Source: Bilabrum cf. latius
Taxonomy: Eukaryota
Length of the DNA stretch: 63,069 nucleotides
Reading direction: 5' to 3'
NCBI GenBank assembly: GCA_965178125.1
Contig: OZ237752.1
Span: forward strand, 1,054,001-1,117,069
Shown: positions 51,462 to 62,493 of the stretch, piece after piece
Position numbering within the stretch: position 1 is the first letter of the stretch
Layout of the letters: each line of letters begins with the position of its first letter
Notes under the pieces: model-generated
What the model was told of the DNA's origin: nothing
Seen by the model: the letters and a program-made list of their open reading frames with translations, nothing else
Databases searched by the model: none
Made by a program: the position numbers and the translations under genes

Positions 51462-52653
51462 CGATCATGAGACGTGCTGCCATCCGGGGCTCACCCGGCC
51501 TCACCACCGATCATGAGACGTGCTGCCATCCGGGGCTCACCCGGCCTCACCACCGATCATGAGACCTGCTGCCATCCGGGGCTCACCCGGCCTCACCACC
51601 GATCATGAGACCTGCTGCCATCCGGGGCTCACCCGGCCTCACCACCGATCATGAGACCTGCTGCCATCCGGGGCTCACCCGGCCTCACCACCGATCATGA
51701 GACCTGCTGCCATCCGGGGCTCACCCGGCCTCACCACCGATCATGAGACCTGCTGCCATCCGGGGCTCACCCGGCCTCACCACCGATCATGAGACCTGCT
51801 GCCATCCGGGGCTCACGCGGCCTCACCACCGATCATGAGACCTGCTGCCATCCGGGGCTCACCCGGCCTCACCACCGATCATGAGACCTGCTGCCATCCG
51901 GGGCTCACCCGGCCTCACCACCGATCATGAGACCTGCTGCCATCCGGGGCTCACCCGGCCTCACCACCGATCATGAGACCTGCTGCCATCCGGGGCTCAC
52001 CCGGCCTCACCACCGATCATGAGACCTGCTGCCATCCGGGGCTCACCCGGCCTCACCACCGATCATGAGACCTGCTGCCATCCGGGGCTCACCCGGCCTC
52101 ACCACCGATCATGAGACCTGCTGCCATCCGGGGCTCACCCGGCCTCACCACCGATCATGAGACCTGCTGCCATCCGGGGCTCACCCGGCCTCACCACCGA
52201 TCATGAGACCTGCTGCCATCCGGGGCTCACGCGGCCTCACCACCGATCATGAGACCTGCTGCCATCCGGGGCTCACGCGGCCTCACCACCGATCATGAGA
52301 CCTGCTGCCATCCGGGGCTCACCCGGCCTCACCACCGATCATGAGACCTGCTGCCATCCGGGGCTCACCCGGCCTCACCACCGATCATGAGACCTGCTGC
52401 CATCTGGGGCTCACCCGGCCTCACCACCGATCATGAGACCTGCTGCCATCCGGGGCTCACCCGGCCTCACCACCGATCATGAGACCTGCTGCCATCCGGG
52501 GCTCACCCGGCCTCACCACCGATCATGAGACCTGCTGCCATCCGGGGCTCACGCGGCCTCACCACCGATCATGAGACCTGCTGCCATCCGGGGCTCACCC
52601 GGCCTCACCACCGATCATGAGACCTGCTGCCATCCGGGGCTCACCCGGCCTCA
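51462..52653. repeat. Subtelomeric minisatellite, 46-bp unit, ~26 copies
   Basis: Unit CGATCATGAGACCTGCTGCCATCCGGGGCTCACCCGGCCTCACCAC with rare single-base variants. Confidence 0.97.
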
Positions 52654-52707
52654 GTAGTATATAAAGTGAATGGTGTACCTCAATCAAAGATTGGGTTTAA
52701 GGGGGGG

Positions 52708-53163
52708 TTAGGGTTAGGGTTAGGGTTAGGGTTAGGGTTAGGGTTAGGGTTAGGGTTAGGGTTAGGGTTAGGGTTAGGGTTAGGGTTAGGGTTAGGGTTA
52801 GGGTTAGGGTTAGGGTTAGGGTTAGGGTTAGGGTTAGGGTTAGGGTTAGGGTTAGGGTTAGGGTTAGGGTTAGGGTTAGGGTTAGGGTTAGGGTTAGGGT
52901 TAGGGTTAGGGTTAGGGTTAGGGTTAGGGTTAGGGTTAGGGTTAGGGTTAGGGTTAGGGTTAGGGTTAGGGTTAGGGTTAGGGTTAGGGTTAGGGTTAGG
53001 GTTAGGGTTAGGGTTAGGGTTAGGGTTAGGGTTAGGGTTAGGGTTAGGGTTAGGGTTAGGGTTAGGGTTAGGGTTAGGGTTAGGGTTAGGGTTAGGGTTA
53101 GGGTTAGGGTTAGGGTTAGGGTTAGGGTTAGGGTTAGGGTTAGGGTTAGGGTTAGGGTTAGGG
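52708..53163 (+). repeat. Telomeric repeat tract 1, (TTAGGG)x76, internal
   Basis: Perfect TTAGGG run preceded by a G7 run. Confidence 0.98.
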
Positions 53164-53891
53164 TATCTAATATAAAGTCAGGGACAGGGTCGGGGAAAAA
53201 ATATTTTCATCTTCAATATTTGTCGAAAAACGACGTGCTACGATCTCGGCAACTACAGGTGATATGAAGACCGTTCAAACTGCATCGGGACGGCCTGGGG
53301 GCACAACATGGGCCAAATGTTCCCCAGGTTCCGTTCTGGCCGCGCGGCGCCGATATGGGTGTATGAAGAATTTCACACCGAAAAACGACGTGCTACGATC
53401 TCGGCAACTACAGGTGATATGAAGACCGTTCAAACTGCATCGGGACGGCCTGGGGGCACAACATGGGCCAAATGTTCCCCAGGTTCCGTTCTGGCCGCGC
53501 GGCGCCGATATGGGTGTATGAAGAATTTCACACCGAAAAACGACGTGCTACGATCTCGGCAACTACAGGTGATATGAAGACCGTTCAAACTGCATCGGGA
53601 CGGCCTGGGGGCACAACATGGGCCAAATGTTCCCCAGGTTCCGTTCTGGCCGCGCGGCGCCGATATGGGTGTATGAAGAATTTCACACCGAAAAACGACG
53701 TGCTACGATCTCGGCAACTACAGGTGATATGAAGACCGTTCAAACTGCATCGGGACGGCCTGGGGGCACAACATGGGCCAAATGTTCCCCAGGTTCCGTT
53801 CTGACCGCGCGGCGCCGATATGGGTGTATGAAGAATTTCACACCGAAAAACGACGTGCTACGATCTCGGCAACTACAGGTGATATGAAGAC
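53164..53891. repeat. Conserved junction (~60 bp) plus 155-bp satellite type A, ~4.3 copies (block 1)
   Basis: TATCTAATATAAAGTCAGGGACAGGGTCGGGGAAAAAATATTTTCATCTTC followed by 155-bp periodicity (53308/53463/53618). Confidence 0.95.
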
Positions 53892-54275
53892 TTAGGGTTA
53901 GGGTTAGGGTTAGGGTTAGGGTTAGGGTTAGGGTTAGGGTTAGGGTTAGGGTTAGGGTTAGGGTTAGGGTTAGGGTTAGGGTTAGGGTTAGGGTTAGGGT
54001 TAGGGTTAGGGTTAGGGTTAGGGTTAGGGTTAGGGTTAGGGTTAGGGTTAGGGTTAGGGTTAGGGTTAGGGTTAGGGTTAGGGTTAGGGTTAGGGTTAGG
54101 GTTAGGGTTAGGGTTAGGGTTAGGGTTAGGGTTAGGGTTAGGGTTAGGGTTAGGGTTAGGGTTAGGGTTAGGGTTAGGGTTAGGGTTAGGGTTAGGGTTA
54201 GGGTTAGGGTTAGGGTTAGGGTTAGGGTTAGGGTTAGGGTTAGGGTTAAGGTTAGGGTTAGGGTTAGGGTTAGGG
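53892..54275 (+). repeat. Telomeric repeat tract 2, 64 units with one TTAAGG variant at 54246
   Basis: Read directly from the sequence. Confidence 0.98.
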
Positions 54276-55003
54276 TATCTAATATAAAGTCAGGGACAGG
54301 GTCGGGGAAAAAATATTTTCATCTTCAATATTTGTCGAAAAACGACGTGCTACGATCTCGGCAACTACAGGTGATATGAAGACCGTTCAAACTGCATCGG
54401 GACGGCCTGGGGGCACAACATGGGCCAAATGTTCCCCAGGTTCCGTTCTGGCCGCGCGGCGCCGATATGGGTGTATGAAGAATTTCACACCGAAAAACGA
54501 CGTGCTACGATCTCGGCAACTACAGGTGATATGAAGACCGTTCAAACTGCATCGGGACGGCCTGGGGGCACAACATGGGCCAAATGTTCCCCAGGTTCCG
54601 TTCTGGCCGCGCGGCGCCGATATGGGTGTATGAAGAATTTCACACCGAAAAACGACGTGCTACGATCTCGGCAACTACAGGTGATATGAAGACCGTTCAA
54701 ACTGCATCGGGACGGCCTGGGGGCACAACATGGGCCAAATGTTCCCCAGGTTCCGTTCTGGCCGCGCGGCGCCGATATGGGTGTATGAAGAATTTCACAC
54801 CGAAAAACGACGTGCTACGATCTCGGCAACTACAGGTGATATGAAGACCGTTCAAACTGCATCGGGACGGCCTGGGGGCACAACATGGGCCAAATGTTCC
54901 CCAGGTTCCGTTCTGACCGCGCGGCGCCGATATGGGTGTATGAAGAATTTCACACCGAAAAACGACGTGCTACGATCTCGGCAACTACAGGTGATATGAA
55001 GAC
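54276..55003. repeat. Junction plus 155-bp satellite type A (block 2, copy of block 1)
   Basis: Offset 1,112 bp from block 1, including the CTGACC variant in the fourth monomer. Confidence 0.95.
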
Positions 55004-55387
55004 TTAGGGTTAGGGTTAGGGTTAGGGTTAGGGTTAGGGTTAGGGTTAGGGTTAGGGTTAGGGTTAGGGTTAGGGTTAGGGTTAGGGTTAGGGTTAGGGT
55101 TAGGGTTAGGGTTAGGGTTAGGGTTAGGGTTAGGGTTAGGGTTAGGGTTAGGGTTAGGGTTAGGGTTAGGGTTAGGGTTAGGGTTAGGGTTAGGGTTAGG
55201 GTTAGGGTTAGGGTTAGGGTTAGGGTTAGGGTTAGGGTTAGGGTTAGGGTTAGGGTTAGGGTTAGGGTTAGGGTTAGGGTTAGGGTTAGGGTTAGGGTTA
55301 GGGTTAGGGTTAGGGTTAGGGTTAGGGTTAGGGTTAGGGTTAGGGTTAGGGTTAGGGTTAAGGTTAGGGTTAGGGTTAGGGTTAGGG
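55004..55387 (+). repeat. Telomeric repeat tract 3, 64 units with one TTAAGG variant at 55358
   Basis: Same length and variant position as tract 2. Confidence 0.98.
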
Positions 55388-55845
55388 TATCTAATATAAA
55401 GTCAGGGACAGGGTCGGGGAAAAAATATTTTCATCTTCAATATTTGTCGAAAAACGACGTGCTACGATCTCGGCAACTACAGGTGATATGAAGACCGTTC
55501 AAACTGCATCGGGACGGCCTGGGGGCACAACATGGGCCAAATGTTCCCCAGGTTCCGTTCTGGCCGCGCGGCGCCGATATGGGTGTATGAAGAATTTCAC
55601 ACCGAAAAACGACGTGCTACGATCTCGGCAACTACAGGTGATATGAAGACCGTTCAAACTGCATCGGGACGGCCTGGGGGCACAACATGGGCCAAATGTT
55701 CCCCAGGTTCCGTTCTGGCCGCGCGGCGCCGATATGGGTGTATGAAGAATTTCACACCGAAAAACGACGTGCTACGATCTCGGCAACTACAGGTGATATG
55801 AAGACCGTTCAAACTGCATCGGGACGGCCTGGGGGCACAACATGG
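55388..55845. repeat. Junction plus 155-bp satellite type A, ~2.5 copies (block 3, truncated at a different point)
   Basis: Ends at CACAACATGG, followed by TTTA, a G run and telomeric repeats. Confidence 0.95.
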
Positions 55846-55859
55846 TTTAGGGGGGGGGG

Positions 55860-56531
55860 TTAGGGTTAGGGTTAGGGTTAGGGTTAGGGTTAGGGTTAGG
55901 GTTAGGGTTAGGGTTAGGGTTAGGGTTAGGGTTAGGGTTAGGGTTAGGGTTAGGGTTAGGGTTAGGGTTAGGGTTAGGGTTAGGGTTAGGGTTAGGGTTA
56001 GGGTTAGGGTTAGGGTTAGGGTTAGGGTTAGGGTTAGGGTTAGGGTTAGGGTTAGGGTTAGGGTTAGGGTTAGGGTTAGGGTTAGGGTTAGGGTTAGGGT
56101 TAGGGTTAGGGTTAGGGTTAGGGTTAGGGTTAGGGTTAGGGTTAGGGTTAGGGTTAGGGTTAGGGTTAGGGTTAGGGTTAGGGTTAGGGTTAGGGTTAGG
56201 GTTAGGGTTAGGGTTAGGGTTAGGGTTAGGGTTAGGGTTAGGGTTAGGGTTAGGGTTAGGGTTAGGGTTAGGGTTAGGGTTAGGGTTAGGGTTAGGGTTA
56301 GGGTTAGGGTTAGGGTTAGGGTTAGGGTTAGGGTTAGGGTTAGGGTTAGGGTTAGGGTTAGGGTTAGGGTTAGGGTTAGGGTTAGGGTTAGGGTTAGGGT
56401 TAGGGTTAGGGTTAGGGTTAGGGTTAGGGTTAGGGTTAGGGTTAGGGTTAGGGTTAGGGTTAGGGTTAGGGTTAGGGTTAGGGTTAGGGTTAGGGTTAGG
56501 GTTAGGGTTAGGGTTAGGGTTAGGGTTAGGG
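55860..56531 (+). repeat. Telomeric repeat tract 4, (TTAGGG)x112
   Basis: Perfect run preceded by a G10 run. Confidence 0.98.
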
Positions 56532-58244
56532 TATCTATTATAAAGTCAGGGACAGGGTCGGGGAAAAATATTTTCATCTTCACTTTTTGACAAAATCCTG
56601 CGGGATACGATCTCGGCAACCACAGGAGATATGAAGACCGTTCAAATTGCGTTGGGACGGCCTAGGGCCACATCATTGGCCAAATGTTCCTCAGGTTCCG
56701 CTTTTGACGCGCGGCGCCAATATTGGGCCTTGAAGATTTTCATGCTGAAATCCTGCGGGATACGATCTCGGCAACCACAGGAGATATGAAGACCGTTCAA
56801 ATTGCGTTGGGACGGCCTAGGGCCACAACATTGGCCAAATGTTCCTCAGGTTCCGCTTTTGACGCGCGGCGCCAATATTGGGCCTTGAAGATTTTCATGC
56901 TGAAATCCTGCGGGATACGATCTCGGCAACCACAGGAGATATGAAGACCGTTCAAATTGCGTTGGGACGGCCTAGGGCCACAACATTGGCCAAATGTTCC
57001 TCAGGTTCCGCTTTTGACGCGCGGCGCCAATATTGGGCCTTGAAGATTTTCATGCTGAAATCCTGCGGGATACGATCTCGGCAACCACAGGAGATATGAA
57101 GACCGTTAAAATTGCATTGGGACGGCCTAGAGCCACATCATTGGCCAAATGTTCCTCAGGTTCCGCTTTTGACGCGCGGCGCCAATATTGGGCCTTGAAG
57201 ATTTTCATGCTGAAATCCTGCGGGATACGATCTCGGCAACCACAGGAGATATGAAGACCGTTCAAATTGCGTTGGGACGGCCTAGGGCCACATCATTGGC
57301 CAAATGTTCCTCAGGTTCCGCTTTTGACGCGCGGCGCCAATATTGGGCCTTGAAGATTTTCATGCTGAAATCCTGCGGGATACGATCTCGGCAACCACAG
57401 GAGATATGAAGACCGTTCAAATTGCGTTGGGACGGCCTAGAGCCACATCATTGGCCAAATGTTCCTCAGGTTCCGCTTTTGACGCGCGGCGCCAATATTG
57501 GGCCTTGAAGATTTTCATGCTGAAATCCTGCGGGATACGATCTCGGCAACCACAGGAGATATGAAGACCGTTCAAATTGCGTTGGGACGGCCTAGGGCCA
57601 CATCATTGGCCAAATGTTCCTCAGGTTCCGCTTTTGACGCGCGGCGCCAATATTGGGCCTTGAAGATTTTCATGCTGAAATCCTGCGGGATACGATCTCG
57701 GCAACCACAGGAGATATGAAGACCGTTCAAATTGCGTTGGGACGGCCTAGAGCCACATCATTGGCCAAATGTTCCTCAGGTTCCGCTTTTGACGCGCGGC
57801 GCCAATATTGGGCCTTGAAGATTTTCATGCTGAAATCCTGCGGGATACGATCTCGGCAACCACAGGAGATATGAAGACCGTTCAAATTGCGTTGGGACGG
57901 CCTAGGGCCACAACATTGGCCAAATGTTCCTCAGGTTCCGCTTTTGACGCGCAGCGCCAATATTGGGCCTTGAAGATTTTCATGCTGAAATCCTGCGGGA
58001 TACGATCTCGGCAACCACAGGAGATATGAAGACCGTTCAAATTGCGTTGGGACGGCCTAGGGCCACATCATTGGCCAAATGTTCCTCAGGTTCCGCTTTT
58101 GACGCGCGGCGCCAATATTGGGCCTTGAAGATTTTCATGCTGAAATCCTGCGGGATACGATCTCGGCAACCACAGGAGATATGAAGACCGTTCAAATTGC
58201 GTTGGGACGGCCTAGGGCCACAACATTGGCCAAATGTTCCTCAG
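56532..58244. repeat. Variant junction plus 155-bp satellite type B, ~10.6 copies
   Basis: TATCTATTATAAAGTCAGGGACAGGGTCGGGGAAAAATATTTTCATCTTC followed by 155-bp periodicity (56723/56878/...). The monomer is clearly homologous to type A. Confidence 0.95.
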
Positions 58245-58298
58245 ATTCATTGTACTTCATTCAGTGCAAGTATGGCGTATTGAAACCTACTCGGGGGA

Positions 58299-59814
58299 GG
58301 TTTCAAAACCTACCCAGGGCGGTTTCAAAACCTACCCAGGGCGGTTTCAAAACCTACCCAGGGCGGTTTCAAAACCTACCCAGGGCGGTTTCAAAACCTA
58401 CCCAGGGCGGTTTCAAAACCTACCCAGGGCGGTTTCAAAACCTACCCAGGGCGGTTTCAAAACCTACCCAGGGCGGTTTCAAAACCTACCCAGGGCGGTT
58501 TCAAAACCTACCCAGGGCGGTTTCAAAACCTACCCAGGGCGGTTTCAAAACCTACCCAGGGCGGTTTCAAAACCTACCCAGGGCGGTTTCAAAACCTACC
58601 CAGGGCGGTTTCAAAACCTACCCAGGGCGGTTTCAAAACCTACCCAGGGCGGTTTCAAAACCTACCCAGGGCGGTTTCAAAACCTACCCAGGGCGGTTTC
58701 AAAACCTACCCAGGGCGGTTTCAAAACCTACCCAGGGCGGTTTCAAAACCTACCCAGGGCGGTTTCAAAACCTACCCAGGGCGGTTTCAAAACCTACCCA
58801 GGGCGGTTTCAAAACCTACCCAGGGCGGTTTCAAAACCTACCCAGGGCGGTTTCAAAACCTACCCAGGGCGGTTTCAAAACCTACCCAGGGCGGTTTCAA
58901 AACCTACCCAGGGCGGTTTCAAAACCTACCCAGGGCGGTTTCAAAACCTACCCAGGGCGGTTTCAAAACCTACCCAGGGCGGTTTCAAAACCTACCCAGG
59001 GCGGTTTCAAAACCTACCCAGGGCGGTTTCAAAACCTACCCAGGGCGGTTTCGAAACCTACCCAGGGCGGTTTCAAAACCTACCCAGGGCGGTTTCAAAA
59101 CCTACCCAGGGCGGTTTCAAAACCTACCCAGGGCGGTTTCAAAACCTACCCAGGGCGGTTTCAAAACCTACCCAGGGCGGTTTCAAAACCTACCCAGGGC
59201 GGTTTCAAAACCTACCCAGGGCGGTTTCAAAACCTACCCAGGGCGGTTTCAAAACCTACCCAGGGCGGTTTCAAAACCTACCCAGGGCGGTTTCAAAACC
59301 TACCCAGGGCGGTTTCAAAACCTACCCAGGGCGGTTTCAAAACCTACCCAGGGCGGTTTCAAAACCTACCCAGGGCGGTTTCAAAACCTACCCAGGGCGG
59401 TTTCAAAACCTACCCAGGGCGGTTTCAAAACCTACCCAGGGCGGTTTCAAAACCTACCCAGGGCGGTTTCAAAACCTACCCAGGGCGGTTTCAAAACCTA
59501 CCCAGGGCGGTTTCAAAACCTACCCAGGGCGGTTTCAAAACCTACCCAGGGCGGTTTCAAAACCTACCCAGGGCGGTTTCAAAACCTACCCAGGGCGGTT
59601 TCAAAACCTACCCAGGGAGGTTTCAAAACCTACCCAGGGCGGTTTCAAAACCTACCCAGGGAGGTTTCAAAACCTACCCAGGGAGGTTTCAAAACCTACC
59701 CAGGGAGGTTTCAAAACCTACCCAGGGAGGTTTCAAAACCTACCCAGGGAGGTTTCAAAACCTACCCAGGGAGGTTTCAAAACCTACCCAGGGAGGTTTG
59801 AAACCTACCCTAGG
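58299..59814. repeat. 22-bp minisatellite GGTTTCAAAACCTACCCAGGGC, ~69 copies
   Basis: Read directly. Degenerate edge copies; the GGGA variant is concentrated at the distal end. Confidence 0.97.
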
Positions 59815-60076
59815 TGTGGGTTTGGGAATCCAGTGGTTATTGACCGATATTCAATGTTGTGGCTCGTTCTACGTAGCCATATGTATGCGTTAACCTCCTT
59901 GGTCGATACATCGCTTTGACATCAGGTATTCGTTGGCTTATAGTCAAGACTAAATAGATTGCGTCCTGGCTCCTACTATCCCGTCCTAACGGGTCACTGG
60001 CTGGCACTCTGGCAAGCTCCTCTCACAAGCTGGCCCAGCTGCCACTGACCTCAATTGGTATCCGCCTGGCTGCTTT

Positions 60077-61612
60077 TCACTCGTTATCGGAGGAGGGTTC
60101 CGCATCGACAGCTGCCAGGAGCGCCTCAACAGCGTCCACGTCTGCTGCATTGAGATCTCCTTCCGCCGTCTTCTCGAGGGCCGTCATCAGGCCTACGAGC
60201 GTGCCCAACCCGTCGTCCCTCTCTTGAATTGTTTCCTGCACGTCCTCGAGCATGTCGTCGAGAGTTCGGCTGACGCCCAGCGCTATGTCATCGCAGGCAG
60301 CGAGGATGCGGTCCACCAGGTGCCGCTGCTAGTCGGTGAAGCCGTTGTCATCCACTCCACCGTCGTTCTCAGAGTCGTCTTGCTGGTTCTGGGCCTCGTT
60401 CTCTTCTTCCTCATCCAGCTCGTCCTGATCCTCCTCGTCCTGCTGCACGAGTTCTATCGGAGCCTCATCCTCGTCCTCTTCATCGGCTGCGTCTGCGTGG
60501 TATCGATCACCGATCTCCTCTTCATCCTCCTCAGAGTCCTGTCGAGGCAGTGATGCTGCTGCTCCACTCCTTGCGCCTCTTGCTCCCCTCTTGTCCTGGC
60601 CAACGGCGTGGCGAGCTCCTCCGCCATAGCCCGGTTGGAGAATGGGCGATCGCTTGTGCTGTATCTTAGCCCGAGGTGCCGCTTCAGTCGCCTTCCTGCG
60701 CTCCGGTTCTGCCGGTTGCGCACCTTCATCCCTCGGCTTTCCCTTTGACTTTCCCTTTGACTTGCCCGCGGCCTTGGTCCTGGCCTTCAATTTGGCCTTT
60801 GCCTTTTCCCTGGCCTTGGCCTCCGCTCTCCGCTTGGGGCCGAGTAGGTCGTTGTTCAGTCGCTCGGTCTATGAGTCGCTGGACTCTGAGCCGTCTGAAT
60901 CTTGCTCGCCTCGTTTCCTCTGGGCCTTGTAGGCACTGTGGTCCGCGACACCGTCGTCGGGGTCGTCCTCGTCGTCGTCGACCATGGCACTCCGTTTGTC
61001 CTTGCCAGCACGGGGTGCTCCACTCGGCGAAGCAGCAGCGGCTCCCGCAGAAGCATCTTGGTCCCCTGCGGCTGCCGCGGCAGAGTCCTTGACTGCCATG
61101 TCAAACACGTCTTGGAACACAGCCTGCATGCCTCCACGCGCACGCACAGAGGCTTTCCCAGCTCCGTAGTCGCAGACGAACTTGATCGCGGTCTTGTAGT
61201 TCCTCCGCAAGCCATCCATGCCTGCCTTGAACCAAGGATTGTGGCTGGTAGAGTAGCCGCTGTCGCGCAGGCCCATGAGCATCTAATTCATCTTGCGGTA
61301 GCCTGGCGAGCTGGTGCCGCTAGTTGATGCAGCCGGATATAGGCGGTGACTCAGCACCTTCAGCATGTCAGGCGGCAGATCGGACTCATTCAGGTCCAGC
61401 ATGGCATCCACGCAGGCTTTGATGCCCTCTTTCTTGGTCCCCTAGTAGTGCTCGGTAGACCCGCAGAGTAACCCGCAATCTTGGTGGAGGCCCACGAGGG
61501 AGATCAGCAGGACTTGCTTGGCAGCAGACGTGCTGACGCCTGAAGCCAGGGCAGCCACGACGGGGCGGGAGGCCTTGGTGTGCTTGACGCTGTAGCTCTT
61601 TGCGGCGGCCAT
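60077..61612 (-). CDS. Hypothetical protein, 511 aa, with basic and acidic low-complexity tracts
   Basis: Pieces 61442, 60869, 60329 and 60077 share one frame, joined by TAGs at 61442, 61283, 60869 and 60329. ATG 61612 (MAAAKSYSVKH...), TGA at 60077. Confidence 0.75.
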
Positions 61613-61838
61613 AGTACTCTGCGGTGCTGGGGGAACACGGGTAAGGCCACGAACAGGCGCTTGGATGCGGCAGCGAACACGGACATGAGACCCAGGGAGT
61701 CTCCAGGGCAAGCTCGAGGGCAAAGAAAAAGAAGGCCACGACCCCGCGCACTCGGTCTCAGACCCGGGACCCATGATGTTAGGTCGATCCCCCAGTCGTG
61801 GGGGGGCGGACCCCAGCCCAGAAAAAAATTAAAAAAGA

Positions 61839-61919
61839 TCGCCCCAACGGGAATCGAACCTCGGGGGTAGGCCTGGGTGCGATTACCAACCGTACGCAAT
61901 ACCACTACACCACCACAGC
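61839..61919 (-). ncRNA. Degenerate tRNA-like / Pol III type-2 promoter element (tRNA pseudogene or SINE-like head)
   Basis: Minus strand reads GCTGTGG-TGGTGTAGTGG (A box)...TTGGTAA loop...GGTTCGATTCC (B box), followed by T6 and T7 runs. Acceptor and T stems pair poorly. Confidence 0.5.
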
Positions 61920-62493
61920 AACCCACGCGAAACCGAAAAAAAAATACAGATTCGCATCAAAAGTGCACGCAACTTGCACTTGTCACGCCGAAACCTACCC
62001 GTTCACCCAACGAGCAGCGCGAAATCAGAAACACTCATATTGCGCTCCTTGTATTCAATTGCAGAGGCGCATACTTGGCATATAGCTACTATAGCATATT
62101 GTGCATACAACCCTAAAGCAAACGTGAGTCAAATCGATGGGGTATGCGTGGGGATTGCCTTGCGCAATGCGCTTGCTGCAACGTGGTTCAGACGTTTGGC
62201 TCAATTGCGCGACGGCAAGCACTCGTTGGAACTAATCTCGCGCATATTATCAAATAATATAACATACTGCAAACAATTGCGCGGCGATATATAGGCTGCG
62301 CGCCCAATGCTCACTTTGCTTGCGGCAGGTGTGCTGCGACAACATTTGTGGTGGCCCGGATCAGGTTGCGGAACCTGATGCGCGGCACCGCCGTGACGAG
62401 TGCGCCACCAGGGAACAACGCATCGTACCATCATACTAATCACATCCCAAGTATATTATATATCCTTGTGGCATCTCTGTCCGCAGTCTGGTC

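Noticed and set aside
56592-58244. Hammerhead ribozyme in the type B satellite (minus-strand CTGAGGA followed by an ACATT/AATGT stem)
   Set aside because: The required GAAA after stem II is missing, and type A lacks the CUGANGA core.
51462-59814. Tandem arrays as CRISPR arrays
   Set aside because: Units are contiguous with no unique spacers, no cas genes are present, and the context is eukaryotic.
52666-59919. ORFs in telomeric and satellite DNA (poly-GL, poly-TL, 89-aa, 73-aa, 591-aa and 561-aa)
   Set aside because: Artefacts of stop-free repeat units; the periods of 155 and 22 are not multiples of three.
61839-61919. UAG-decoding suppressor tRNA
   Set aside because: The putative anticodon loop reads GGT, not CTA, and the stems are degenerate.
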